From assembly GCA_028748975.1 (NCBI GenBank), contig JAQTPI010000005.1, positions 8,933 to 72,932 of the forward strand: a stretch of 64,000 bases of DNA, read 5' to 3'. The position numbers were made by a program, and so were the translations under genes. The notes under the pieces are model-generated. The model was not told where the DNA came from and searched no databases. It saw only the letters and a program-made list of their open reading frames with translations. This DNA comes from Patescibacteria group bacterium. GTDB lineage: Bacteria > Patescibacteriota > Patescibacteriia > UBA2196. This document shows, in pieces, positions 35,388-44,660 of this stretch. The stretch's first letter is position 1; the number at the start of each line of letters is the position of its first letter.

Positions 35388-35416
35388 TGAACTTGACAAA
35401 GATTCAATCTTATACT
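35388..35416 (+). promoter_or_regulatory. sigma70-like promoter (TTGACA-17-TATACT) with long leader
   Basis: cttgacaaagattcaatcttatactatact; leader contains 10-codon uORF (MAYVTLIKRMN) and two copies of AACCCAAAA..AGGAGGAA module. Confidence 0.55.
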
Positions 35417-35604
35417 ATACTTAATAATTGTACGTTTCCAAATTAAAGCAAGGAGGTAAAAATAGCCATAAAATGGCGTATGTAACATTAATTAAGAGAA
35501 TGAATTAAACTTATTAACCCAAAATACAAGGAGGAATAAAAACAAACAAAAGTGGGGTAATTTTAACTGAATTTACTAACCCAAAACAGGAAAGCGAGGA
35601 ATTA

Positions 35605-36675
35605 ATGGAAACACCAAAGGGCGTGGATGTAGCAATCAGTTTTGACACGACGGGTTCAATGTATCCGTGTCTGACGCAGGTGCGTAGGCACGTGGAACAG
35701 ACCGCTCGCAGATTATTTCGGGATATTTCCGGTTTGCGACTGGCCATTATCGCCCATGGTGACTACTGCGACGCGAGTCGAACATATGTCACCAAGAAAA
35801 TGGATTTTTCAACCAATCTGGAAGCCATCTGCCGGTTTGTCAGAACAGTCGGGGCGACTAATGGTGGCGACTCGCCCGAGTGCTACGAATTGGTACTCCG
35901 AGAAGCGCGTGGTTTGAGTTGGCAGGCCGGAAACGAGAAGGTGCTCGTGATGATCGGCGATGACGTGCCGCACGAAAAAAACTATCCTTTAAATAAGGAT
36001 CGGATTGACTGGCGCAATGAGCTTGAACTGCTCCTGGAAGCAGGAATCCATGTTTATGGCGTTCACGCCATGCCGGGAATCCGACAGCATTCAAGACATT
36101 TTTACAAAGAGATTGCCAGTAAAACCAAAGGTTATTATCTGACCCTGGACCAATTCTCCGCCATCGTCGACATCATTTTCGCCATCTGCTACAAGCAAGC
36201 CGGCAACGGAAGCCTGAAAAATTTCCAGCAGGAAATTCGAGGGGAAGGGCGCATGAGCCGTAATATGGCCTTCGTTTTTCAAATGCTGACCGGCGAGCCG
36301 ATGGAGGTGGTAGCGTCCTACAACGGTCTGGTTCCCGTTCCGGCCGGACGCTTTCAAGTTCTTCGAGTCGATGAAGACCAAGCGATTCGTGATTTCGTCG
36401 AAGATCAAGGGCTGGTTTTTAAAACCGGCCGAGGCTTCTATCAATTCACGAAGTCCGAGATGATTCAGGAGAAAAAAGAAGTCGTCCTGATGGACAAAAA
36501 TACGGGCGATATGTTTTCCGGCGAAGAAGCCCGTCGAATCATCGGCCTTCCTTTCGGCATGAGAGGTAAAATCAAACCGGTGAGTCTGGAGCAGTTCAAT
36601 ATCTTCGTGCAGAGCACTTCCTACAACAGGAAGTTGATTGGCGGAAGTCTGTTTTTGTACGAAGTGACGGATTAA
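35605..36675 (+). CDS. von Willebrand factor A (VWA) domain protein, compositionally foreign
   Basis: MIDAS-type motif VAISFDTTGSM, second metal-site region; gene visibly GC-rich (over 50 percent by eye) against AT-rich flanks. Confidence 0.7.
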   Translation: METPKGVDVAISFDTTGSMYPCLTQVRRHVEQTARRLFRDISGLRLAIIAHGDYCDASRTYVTKKMDFSTNLEAICRFVRTVGATNGGDSPECYELVLREARGLSWQAGNEKVLVMIGDDVPHEKNYPLNKDRIDWRNELELLLEAGIHVYGVHAMPGIRQHSRHFYKEIASKTKGYYLTLDQFSAIVDIIFAICYKQAGNGSLKNFQQEIRGEGRMSRNMAFVFQMLTGEPMEVVASYNGLVPVPAGRFQVLRVDEDQAIRDFVEDQGLVFKTGRGFYQFTKSEMIQEKKEVVLMDKNTGDMFSGEEARRIIGLPFGMRGKIKPVSLEQFNIFVQSTSYNRKLIGGSLFLYEVTD

Positions 36676-36682
36676 TAATACA

Positions 36683-36716
36683 ATGTGTTTAAAGAGCCTG
36701 TATTCAATACGGGCTC
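36683..36716 (+). terminator. rho-independent terminator
   Basis: gagcctgtattcaatacgggctctttttttatt. Confidence 0.7.
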
Positions 36717-36849
36717 TTTTTTTATTATTTATCATTAACTGGACGCTAAGTTTAATAAACTGATAAACAAACAAAAAATCTGTTAAACTCCGGGGGTCCC
36801 GATGTGATATCGGGACGAAATCCACGTTAACCCGCCTGCCTGCGCTATG

Positions 36850-36921
36850 CTCTGGGGGAAGGAATCGAACCTTCACTAACCACGTTAACAGCGTGGCGTT
36901 TTACCATTAAACTACCCCAGA
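36850..36921 (-). tRNA. tRNA-Asn (anticodon GTT)
   Basis: acceptor tctgggg/ccccaga, D stem gttt/aaac, anticodon stem ccacg/cgtgg loop ctGTTaa, T-loop ttcgatt, discriminator G. Confidence 0.75.
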
Positions 36922-36985
36922 GCGCAGAGCATTGCGGGCAGGCAGCGTGGCGTTGTACCACTCAACTACCCCGGAGCTCAACAGA
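36922..36985 (-). pseudogene. tRNA-Asn-like 5' half (degenerate partial copy)
   Basis: minus strand tccgggg ta gttgagtggtacaac g ccacg then non-tRNA sequence; matching 3' fragment with non-canonical T-loop at 36786-36830. Confidence 0.4.
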
Positions 36986-36998
36986 TTAATTTATTATA

Positions 36999-37028
36999 AA
37001 AACCGGCTTAATTGGCCGGTTTTTATAC
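36999..37028. terminator. bidirectional terminator
   Basis: aaaaaccggcttaattggccggttttta. Confidence 0.65.
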
Positions 37029-37146
37029 TTTTATAAATAAGATAAAATCCGGCCTATTTTGGGTCGTTATTATTGTTATTATTATTGTTATTAAATTTTA
37101 TGGTCATAACTATTTAAGTATAGCAAAATTATGTAATAAAGTCAAG

Positions 37147-37623
37147 TTATTTAAAATAATAGGCAATCCAGCGACCAAGATAGAAAGAAACTACCATCAC
37201 GACAAGGGCGATGGAAAGATGTTCGCGAATAACAGGAAAAACCTTTTTCTTTTCACTTTTGGCCAGACGATAACTTTGTAAAATTAAAATTATAGCTCCC
37301 CAGGCAAAAGCAAAATACATGGCAGTATGAACAGGAAAAAGCAAAACACTGACAACAAAGGTACAGGCAAAAATAGCTTTAAATAAAAAAGTAAAAAATG
37401 TCGCTTGCCAAACCTCTTTGTTGGAAAAATTACCTTCTGATTCTTTGGCGACATGCACACCTAAAGCATCGGAACAAGAATCAGCCACAGCGATGGTTAA
37501 AATACCACCAATGAGAACCAGTCTGGAACCAGTGCTGGATTCCAAACCGGTCATGAGGCCGAGAGTGGTAATGGTGGCCGAGGTTAAACCAAAACCCATG
37601 CCAACGCGTAAACTTTTAAGCAT
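37147..37623 (-). CDS. small polytopic membrane protein (possibly VIT1/CCC1-like)
   Basis: 158 aa, 4-5 TMs, G/S/T-rich helices; family assignment tentative. Confidence 0.45.
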   Translation of the reverse strand: MLKSLRVGMGFGLTSATITTLGLMTGLESSTGSRLVLIGGILTIAVADSCSDALGVHVAKESEGNFSNKEVWQATFFTFLFKAIFACTFVVSVLLFPVHTAMYFAFAWGAIILILQSYRLAKSEKKKVFPVIREHLSIALVVMVVSFYLGRWIAYYFK

Positions 37624-37654
37624 AAATTTATAGTTAATAAGTTATTACGCAAAC

Positions 37655-37725
37655 CTCGGGGATATGGATTCGAACCACAATTAAGTGCTTCAGAGGCACC
37701 TGTCCTACCATTAGACGATCCCCGA
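37655..37725 (-). tRNA. tRNA-Gln (anticodon CTG)
   Basis: acceptor tcgggga/tccccga, anticodon stem ggtgc/gcact loop ctCTGaa, T-loop ttcgaat. Confidence 0.7.
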
Positions 37726-37775
37726 GGTTTACATAATAAAAATATTCTATCTGATTTTTTTTAAAAAAGCAAGAC

Positions 37776-38693
37776 TTAAACCCGGAGATGTTTACCCATA
37801 GCGATGAGAGTGGAAATTAAATTCAAGAAAATTATGGCCAGCAGTTCAAAACCGAAAATATAGAAGAAATTATGCAAGAGATAATCAACTAAATTGAATT
37901 TAATATCGGCAAAAAAACTGTGGACCGAGGGCGCCAGAAAATTGAGGCCGATAAAAAACAGAATCCAAAAAACCAAACAGCCCAGAAGCGCGTACATGAC
38001 GCTTTCCACCAAAAACGGCCCGCGAATGAACCAATTGGAAGCGCCGACCAGTTTCATGATGCTAATTTCATCGCGATGGACATAGATGCCCATGCGAATG
38101 GTATTCAAAACCACCAAAAGCGAAATGAGAGCGAAAACGATGCTTAAAATCAGGCCAATTTGCTTGATTTTGGCGCTGACGCTTTCAATACGCTCAATGA
38201 TTAACTGATGATCATCATAATCAATTTCTTTGGTGATTTCATCAATTTTAAAATCCTGAATGCTTTTTAAAATTATCGGATAATTTTTAAGATCATCGGC
38301 TTTGACGGTTAAAACGGGACCCAAGGGATTTGTTTCAATTTCTTTTAGAGCTTCTTGAATTAATTCATCACCGCTGTGAGTTTGTTTAAAAAGTTCCAGG
38401 GCAGAATCGGCGGAAACATAATTGACGGCCACGACATGAGACATTTTTTCAATTTGATTTCTAATCAAAGTTACTTGTTCCTCTTTAGCGCCAGCTTCAA
38501 AATAGAGTGAGATGTCCACCCGATCTTTGACCGCGGTTACCGCCTGTTCCGTCACCACATTGATTAAAATTAAAGTCGTTAAAGAAAAAACAGTTAAAAC
38601 AATAATAGTGACGGTCACCAAAGACAGCCAGATGTTTCGAAGAAACGACTGGAAGGCGAAACGGAGAATGCGGGTGAAAGATAAGATAAACAT
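37776..38693 (-). CDS. ftsX: cell division permease FtsX
   Basis: FtsX topology, 4 TM with large periplasmic loop, adjacent to ftsE. Confidence 0.85.
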   Translation of the reverse strand: MFILSFTRILRFAFQSFLRNIWLSLVTVTIIVLTVFSLTTLILINVVTEQAVTAVKDRVDISLYFEAGAKEEQVTLIRNQIEKMSHVVAVNYVSADSALELFKQTHSGDELIQEALKEIETNPLGPVLTVKADDLKNYPIILKSIQDFKIDEITKEIDYDDHQLIIERIESVSAKIKQIGLILSIVFALISLLVVLNTIRMGIYVHRDEISIMKLVGASNWFIRGPFLVESVMYALLGCLVFWILFFIGLNFLAPSVHSFFADIKFNLVDYLLHNFFYIFGFELLAIIFLNLISTLIAMGKHLRV

Positions 38694-38702
38694 AGTTAGT
38701 AG

Positions 38703-38900
38703 CCTGCCCTGAGCGAAGGTCCGACAATAGTCGGACCGGAGTCGAAGGGCCCCAGATGAAATTGGGCGGATTATAAATCCCGAATTAAAATTTATAATTT
38801 TGAGCCTTTTATTTCCTTATTTCTTTATATCTTTATCAATTATCACTTCGGCCACGGGATCCTTCGTCCTCCGACATAATGTCGGAGTCCTCAGGATAAA
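38703..38900. mobile_element. full-length MITE-like element (family A)
   Basis: cctgccctgagcgaaggtccgacaatagtcggacc...AT-rich core...cacgggatccttcgtcctccgacataatgtcggagtcctcaggataaac. Confidence 0.65.
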
Positions 38901-38913
38901 CTTAATAAAAAAA

Positions 38914-39609
38914 CTATAAAATATATTTTCCTCTTTCCTGATCGGCGACAATTTGTCCATTATCAATCGTCACTACTCTCTTTTTCAAAGCGTTAACCAC
39001 TTCGCGATTATGGCTGACAAGCAGGATAGTGGTGCCAAGTTCATTAATTTTCATTAGGAGATCAATAATTTCACGTGTATTGATGGCGTCAAGATTGCCG
39101 GTGGGTTCATCGGCCACTAAAATTTTGGGACGATGAGAAAGAGCACGCGCGATAGAAACGCGCTGCTGTTCGCCACCGGAAAGCTGGTCGGGGAATCTTT
39201 CATGTTTTTCTTCCAGACCGACAATTTTTAGAACTTGCGGCACAATTTTGTTTATTTTCTCCATGGGTTCACCAGCCACTTGCAGAGCAAAAGCCACATT
39301 TTCTTCCACTGTTTTTCTGGGTAAAAGCTTGTAATCCTGAAAAACCACGCCGATTTGACGGCGCAAAATGGGCACGTGACGGGCGGGAATGTTCGTGATG
39401 TCCCAACCACCAACAATAATCCTGCCTTTGGTCGGCCTTTCTTCCGCAATTAAAACTTTAATTAAGGTTGTCTTGCCGGTGCCGGACTGGCCCACAATGG
39501 AAACAAATTCTCCCGGTGCCACATGAAAATCCACGTCGCGCAGGGCGTGGGTGTTCGGCGGATAAACCTTGGTGACGTTTTTAAAATGGATCATGAAATT
39601 TTCACTCAA
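38914..39609 (-). CDS. ftsE: cell division ATP-binding protein FtsE
   Basis: ABC ATPase Walker A GQSGTGKTT, signature LSGGEQQR. Confidence 0.9.
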   Translation of the reverse strand: MSENFMIHFKNVTKVYPPNTHALRDVDFHVAPGEFVSIVGQSGTGKTTLIKVLIAEERPTKGRIIVGGWDITNIPARHVPILRRQIGVVFQDYKLLPRKTVEENVAFALQVAGEPMEKINKIVPQVLKIVGLEEKHERFPDQLSGGEQQRVSIARALSHRPKILVADEPTGNLDAINTREIIDLLMKINELGTTILLVSHNREVVNALKKRVVTIDNGQIVADQERGKYIL

Positions 39610-39937
39610 TTTTTAATAACGGTACAACATCAATCGCCGGTTCTTCGTAAGGATGATTTTCTTTTACGGCTTTTAAAACTTGTTCTAATTTTTCTTTATG
39701 ACAAATTGTTTCTATTAATTCTTCCGGCACTTCTTCAAATTTTCCAATCTCTCCAATTGTTGGATTGGCGCCAGTGAGCGGATGAAATCTACCGATTCCT
39801 GAATAAGAAAAAGAACAGAAATCATAATTTCCTTGAATACCGGCACCAGCTTCGCCCAAAGTTTTACGTAATTTATCAGCCGCTTCGCCGGCTGGCACAG
39901 TAATTCTTATTTTTACAAAATCAGATTCTCTAATCAT
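39602..39937 (-). CDS. stand-alone PII-like domain homologous to the NIF3/YqfO insert domain
   Basis: AGAGIQGNYDFCSF..GIGRFHPLTGANPTIGEIG...HPYEEPAIDV closely parallels the YqfO inserted domain motif set. Confidence 0.5.
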   Translation of the reverse strand: MIRESDFVKIRITVPAGEAADKLRKTLGEAGAGIQGNYDFCSFSYSGIGRFHPLTGANPTIGEIGKFEEVPEELIETICHKEKLEQVLKAVKENHPYEEPAIDVVPLLKIE

Positions 39938-39952
39938 AAATTGATTATTCTC

Positions 39953-39980
39953 TGGATTCCCGCTTTCGCGGGAATGACAA
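39953..39980. mobile_element. short palindromic element
   Basis: ctggattcccgctttcgcgggaatgaca; same module at 62521-62555. Confidence 0.5.
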
Positions 39981-39999
39981 CAAACTATTAAAACAATTT

Positions 40000-41148
40000 T
40001 TATTGTACTTCTCTGTTGACCGCTCCCCTAGTCTTGGAACCGAATTGGCCATTAATGGGAGTGATGCTATGATCTGTTTGAAATTTTTTTATGGCATCTC
40101 TGGTGAGGCCATAATAGTTGCCGGTGTTGAAACCACTTTCCAGATAGCCCTTGTCAATTAAAAATTCTTGCAGGCGTTTGACATCGGGGTTGTTGGTCAG
40201 TCCGTATTTTAAATTGGCTGAAAATTCCGCGGCGGCCAAAAGATTGCTTGAATTAGGACCGATAATTTTTGAATTTTCTGGCGCCAATCGCGCCAGAACT
40301 TGGAAAAGACCACTGGATGAAGAACCGAGCGCGTTGAAAGCACTGTGGGTTAAATCAACAATTCTATTATCAACATAGGGGCCGCGCGAAACTACTTTAA
40401 TTGTAACACATTTTTCCGATTTATCTAAACGACAGACTTCAATTTTTGACCCGATGGGAAAGCGGTTGGAAGCGCAATTCCATTTGGAACTGGGCGTTAA
40501 ACTGTCGGGATACCAAGAGGCATAGGCCTCAAATTCATTGGACAAGACAAAAAACGCCACCAAAGCATAACGGAAAGGAATTTCGGCTGACCAGGTGTCA
40601 TTTTTTAAATCACGAATCGTTTTAAGCGGGCGCCAAGCGCCAAGATTTTTATCAAAATAATGGATGACGCGGCGCTGCATGTTGGTGACACCCGGGGCGA
40701 GGCCAGTCACCAAATCAAATTGGCTGGTAGTGGGCACAGGATCTAATCTTTTCCTTTCAAAAATTAAAATTGGCGAGGTGGTGCTGGTTTCGGCACTTAA
40801 AATATCAAACTCAAAAACCGGAGAAAATAATTCTCCTTTAATGGGATTCTTTTTTTCATTAACCACCGGACCGGAGGGATAATTTTGGGCGTACAGTTCG
40901 CACAAAGTAACTTTCGTTTCCGCGGAAAATTTTTGCGCCGGAATTTGCAAGGAAAAATTCAGAGTCGGGTCAGTGGTGATGGCCAGAGTCGCCAAAACTC
41001 CAGCAAAAATTGTGGCCGCATCATAATTGATGATATTTTCTTTGACTGCCCAGGTATTGGCCGTGGTAATTTCTTCAGCTGAAATACCGCATGGTAAAAA
41101 AGCCGTTAAAAATGACAGAAAAATGAGCAGGGAAATTTTTCTTGACAT
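40000..41148 (-). CDS. RlpA-like DPBB-domain protein with C-terminal peptidoglycan-binding domain
   Basis: signal peptide; ASWYP...SNRFPIGSKIEV...VSRGPY DPBB; C-terminal PG_binding_1-like YGLTRDAIKKFQ. Confidence 0.7.
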   Translation of the reverse strand: MSRKISLLIFLSFLTAFLPCGISAEEITTANTWAVKENIINYDAATIFAGVLATLAITTDPTLNFSLQIPAQKFSAETKVTLCELYAQNYPSGPVVNEKKNPIKGELFSPVFEFDILSAETSTTSPILIFERKRLDPVPTTSQFDLVTGLAPGVTNMQRRVIHYFDKNLGAWRPLKTIRDLKNDTWSAEIPFRYALVAFFVLSNEFEAYASWYPDSLTPSSKWNCASNRFPIGSKIEVCRLDKSEKCVTIKVVSRGPYVDNRIVDLTHSAFNALGSSSSGLFQVLARLAPENSKIIGPNSSNLLAAAEFSANLKYGLTNNPDVKRLQEFLIDKGYLESGFNTGNYYGLTRDAIKKFQTDHSITPINGQFGSKTRGAVNREVQ

Positions 41149-41210
41149 AAATTTTATATGATGCTAAAATTTATTTGTTTAAAAAATACATTATAATTTA
41201 GGAGGAAACG

Positions 41211-41444
41211 ATGGTTTTGCCGAAAATTTATTTATACGGATTGGTAATCAGCGGAATTTTAATCTTTGTTGGCGGCTGGCAGATTTATCTGACAGAAAAC
41301 AGAAAAATGGCTTTTGGCACCAAAAAATGGTTTAAGGGGGTGGTATTTTTTTCCAGCGCGCTTTCACCGCTAATCGTGTTCCTTAACAGTAAATTCCGAA
41401 AAAATAAAAAATATCTTTCCAAAACACACGAACCATTAATTTAA
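41211..41444 (+). CDS. small membrane protein
   Basis: SD ttaggaggaaacg; 77 aa two TM. Confidence 0.45.
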   Translation: MVLPKIYLYGLVISGILIFVGGWQIYLTENRKMAFGTKKWFKGVVFFSSALSPLIVFLNSKFRKNKKYLSKTHEPLI

Positions 41445-41457
41445 AAAGGAGGAACAA

Positions 41458-41643
41458 ATGCCAAACAGGGCTTGGGGAGTGGTAATTTTGTTTGCACTCA
41501 TCGTGCTGGCAAGTTACGCCACTGGTTTCGTTTTCTTCTGGAAAATGCGGGTGGACGACGAAATTGAAGCGTCGTTCTGGAAAAAAGTAAGATTCTGCCT
41601 TTTTGACGGTTATGTGCGCACGTTCCATTGGATAGCGAATTAA
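41458..41643 (+). CDS. small membrane protein
   Basis: SD aaaggaggaacaa; 61 aa one TM. Confidence 0.45.
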   Translation: MPNRAWGVVILFALIVLASYATGFVFFWKMRVDDEIEASFWKKVRFCLFDGYVRTFHWIAN

Positions 41644-41660
41644 AAAGTATTAGAAAATCT

Positions 41661-41692
41661 TTAACGCAGGCCACGTCCTGCGTTTTTATTTT
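41661..41692 (+). terminator. rho-independent terminator
   Basis: aacgcaggccacgtcctgcgtttttatttttg. Confidence 0.7.
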
Positions 41693-41697
41693 TGATT

Positions 41698-41770
<73 letters not shown>

Positions 41771-41775
41771 AGAAA

Positions 41776-42678
41776 TTATTTAATCAGGGTAAGCCAATTT
41801 TTATATTTATCAACACTACCAGTTACCACCTTTCGATATTGCTCTTGGAGAGCATTAAAAACAGGTGAGGGCGCTGAATTTTTAGAAAAATATCTGTCAA
41901 TTTTGGTGACATATTCCAATTCAATGCCGGTGCCGGTTAAAAAAATATCATCAGCCTGGCGCATAAAATCCGGACGAATATTTTTTTCATAAACTTTTAT
42001 TTTCAGGTCGCGCGCAATTTGGATGATGCTGTCTCTGGTAATACCACCCAGAATATTTTTTAATTTTGGCGTATAAAGAATATTGTTTTTTATAATAAAA
42101 ATATTATTAACCGCTCCTTCGGCAACAAACCCCTTAACATCAAGAAAAAGAGGCTCGTCAAAGCCGGCCCGGCGCGCTTCTAAAAAACCAAGAAGCCCAT
42201 TGGCATAATAGCCGCTGATTTTTGCTTTTAAATCAACGGTGGCAGGATCCAATCTTTTAATTTTTACAATTTTCATCTTAACTGATTTTTTTTGCAAACT
42301 ATCTTGCCAGGGCCAGATTAAAACCATAACGGTCAATTTGGCACCAACGATATTGATGCCCATTTTCGGTTCAGAATAGAAAGCAATGGGCCGAATATAC
42401 CCGGAAGTTGCCTTGTTAACCCTGATAAGATTAATGATGGCTTTGGCAAAATTATTTTTTGTAACACCCAGATCCATGTTTAAAACAGAGGCGGAATAGA
42501 AAAATCTGTCCAGATGCGCTTTTAGCCGAAAAATGGCCGATCCTTTTTTGGTTTTATAAAAACGGATGCCCTCATAAACACAAGCGCCATAATTAAGGCC
42601 CTGATGAAAATTCAAAAAACTCGCCTTTTCCAAGGGAACTATTTTTCCATTAAGCCAAATTTTATTTATTGGTTTCAT
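41776..42678 (-). CDS. class IV (branched-chain/D-amino acid) aminotransferase
   Basis: PLP fold IV pattern, 300 aa. Confidence 0.75.
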   Translation of the reverse strand: MKPINKIWLNGKIVPLEKASFLNFHQGLNYGACVYEGIRFYKTKKGSAIFRLKAHLDRFFYSASVLNMDLGVTKNNFAKAIINLIRVNKATSGYIRPIAFYSEPKMGINIVGAKLTVMVLIWPWQDSLQKKSVKMKIVKIKRLDPATVDLKAKISGYYANGLLGFLEARRAGFDEPLFLDVKGFVAEGAVNNIFIIKNNILYTPKLKNILGGITRDSIIQIARDLKIKVYEKNIRPDFMRQADDIFLTGTGIELEYVTKIDRYFSKNSAPSPVFNALQEQYRKVVTGSVDKYKNWLTLIK

Positions 42679-43391
42679 TTGATGGCGATGAAATATAATG
42701 TTTTAGCTGATTTAATTAACTTTATTTTGGAAAAACCGCTTTTTTTTAAGGCACGGGCAAATTCTTTTCTGGTAAACAGATAAAAAGAGTTTTCATCAAT
42801 TATAAATTCGGATTTCTGGCCAGTTTTCCAAAGCGCGGAATGTTGTCTATGTTTTAATATCTGGCCAGTTATTTTATTCGTTTCAACCACCAGGGCTTGT
42901 TGTTCGCCTTTTTTATAGTAATTGATAAGGGCCGGATATTTTTTTTCTCCCTGATAGTTGGGGGCGTTAAATATAAATTTCCCGCCCGTTTTGAGTGAAG
43001 CAAAAATTTTCTTCAAACCGGCTGCCAGGGCTTTGCTGCCCATAAAATAATTAATGGCTTGCCTGATACAAACCGAATCAAATTTTTTCTGATAGCTTAT
43101 TTTTTGCATATCAAGCTTCGTAACCTGATATTTTTTTATCCCCTGTTTTTTGGCTTTTAATTTTAATTCTCGGAGCATTCCTTGGCTGGCGTCTAAACTT
43201 ATAACCCGAAAACCCTTTTTTAATAAAGGAATGGTGATTTCACCGGTGCCGGCTGCTAAATCTAAAATTAATCCTTTTTGGGGGGTATTCTTCTCTACTA
43301 AAGCAACAAAATCCGGCACGCTTTTTAAATATCGCTGATAGAGCAAGTCATAAAATTCCGGAAATTTTTTGTAAGAATTACCTGAGTACAT
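42675..43391 (-). CDS. class I SAM-dependent methyltransferase
   Basis: motif I LDLAAGTGEIT. Confidence 0.75.
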   Translation of the reverse strand: MYSGNSYKKFPEFYDLLYQRYLKSVPDFVALVEKNTPQKGLILDLAAGTGEITIPLLKKGFRVISLDASQGMLRELKLKAKKQGIKKYQVTKLDMQKISYQKKFDSVCIRQAINYFMGSKALAAGLKKIFASLKTGGKFIFNAPNYQGEKKYPALINYYKKGEQQALVVETNKITGQILKHRQHSALWKTGQKSEFIIDENSFYLFTRKEFARALKKSGFSKIKLIKSAKTLYFIAIK

Positions 43392-44610
43392 AATTAACGG
43401 TTTCTGTTAAATCCCGGCCAAGCGCGACAAGCCCGTGGTTTTTAAGATTAATAATTCTGATATTTTTTTTAAATAAATTGAGAGGTTTAATCGCGTAATT
43501 TAATGTGCCAGGAGTATAAGGAAAATCTGTGGTCGGCGCTGTTTTGATAAAACTGTGAGTGTGGACGACGGCATTAACTTTGGAAAATTTTTCAAAAATA
43601 GCCGCCGTTAACACGGCATTAAAAGACGCTTTTCTCTCCCCCACCGCTTCAATAAAAATTTTTCTTTTTTGCCAATCAATTTTTTTTACCAACACAACAT
43701 CATCCGGACGAAGAATTTTTTTATTGCTTTGGCGGGCGGTAATTAAAAAAGAATTGCCACCAACTCTGAGCGATAAGCTGCCGTGGCCAGATTTGGAACC
43801 GGCAAAAAAATCAGTCATGAGGCCGTGTTTGCTTAAACGGGCGCAAAGCTTTTTAAAAAGTTTTATTTCGTTTTTGTATTTTTTATTAATTGATTTGTTA
43901 ATTACCAAAACAGTTTTAAAATGAGCGCTTAAAGTGCGTTTTTCCACAAATTCCATGATTTTTTCGGATAAATTAGGCTCCTGAAGTTTCAAAAAGCCTT
44001 TTTCCGGAGTTACAATAAATACTTCGCGCCGCCCTGATTTTATTTTAGAAAGATCATTGGCGATAACGAGGTCGGATCCGTTTTCTAAACCGGATTTATA
44101 GGCCACCTCCAACAATTCTTTTTTTGCGACGCCCGATAACAACTTGAATCCCACCTGAAAGAGTGGTTGTTTTGACCAAGATTTGACAAATTTAATAACT
44201 TTGGGAAGACGCTGGAGATGGAGAGTTAAGACTGATTTTACTGAAGAAATCTTTCCCTGATGTGGCCGGATTCCATAATCAGGAACAGCGGCGCCCAGAA
44301 AAACGCAATCTATTTTAATTCTATTTAATATTTTTTTCAACTCTTTAGCATAATCATCATAGGTTTCATAAACAATAAGTTTTAATTTACGGTTTGCATT
44401 TGGAATTTTGGCGTTTTTCGCGTATAAATAGATGACTTCATGATTTCTGTTTAAGGCAGTTTGGGCAATCTTAGCTGGAAATGAACCAGTGCTAAAATTT
44501 CCAATGTGCCTGACATCGTCAATTTTTACTATGGGTCCGCCAGCAGTGATTAAAACGCGCATATCTTTATAATTTAATTGATTTTCTCTAAGCGGGTGGC
44601 GGCCCCGCAA
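43378..44610 (-). CDS. coaB: phosphopantothenate-cysteine ligase (CoaB) fused to class II aldolase/adducin-like domain
   Basis: N-terminal LITAGGP..IDDVRHIGNFSTG CoaB signature; C-terminal VVHTHS class II aldolase motif. Confidence 0.65.
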   Translation of the reverse strand: MRGRHPLRENQLNYKDMRVLITAGGPIVKIDDVRHIGNFSTGSFPAKIAQTALNRNHEVIYLYAKNAKIPNANRKLKLIVYETYDDYAKELKKILNRIKIDCVFLGAAVPDYGIRPHQGKISSVKSVLTLHLQRLPKVIKFVKSWSKQPLFQVGFKLLSGVAKKELLEVAYKSGLENGSDLVIANDLSKIKSGRREVFIVTPEKGFLKLQEPNLSEKIMEFVEKRTLSAHFKTVLVINKSINKKYKNEIKLFKKLCARLSKHGLMTDFFAGSKSGHGSLSLRVGGNSFLITARQSNKKILRPDDVVLVKKIDWQKRKIFIEAVGERKASFNAVLTAAIFEKFSKVNAVVHTHSFIKTAPTTDFPYTPGTLNYAIKPLNLFKKNIRIINLKNHGLVALGRDLTETVNYVLR

Positions 44611-44660
44611 GTATGCGGGGTCTTCGCTCGCTACGCTCGCTTCGAGAATCTTATATTATA

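Noticed and set aside
36091-36876. 261-aa minus-strand ORF antisense to the VWA gene
   Set aside because: Lies entirely antisense within a GC-rich gene; Arg-rich low-complexity translation; typical spurious ORF in high-GC DNA.
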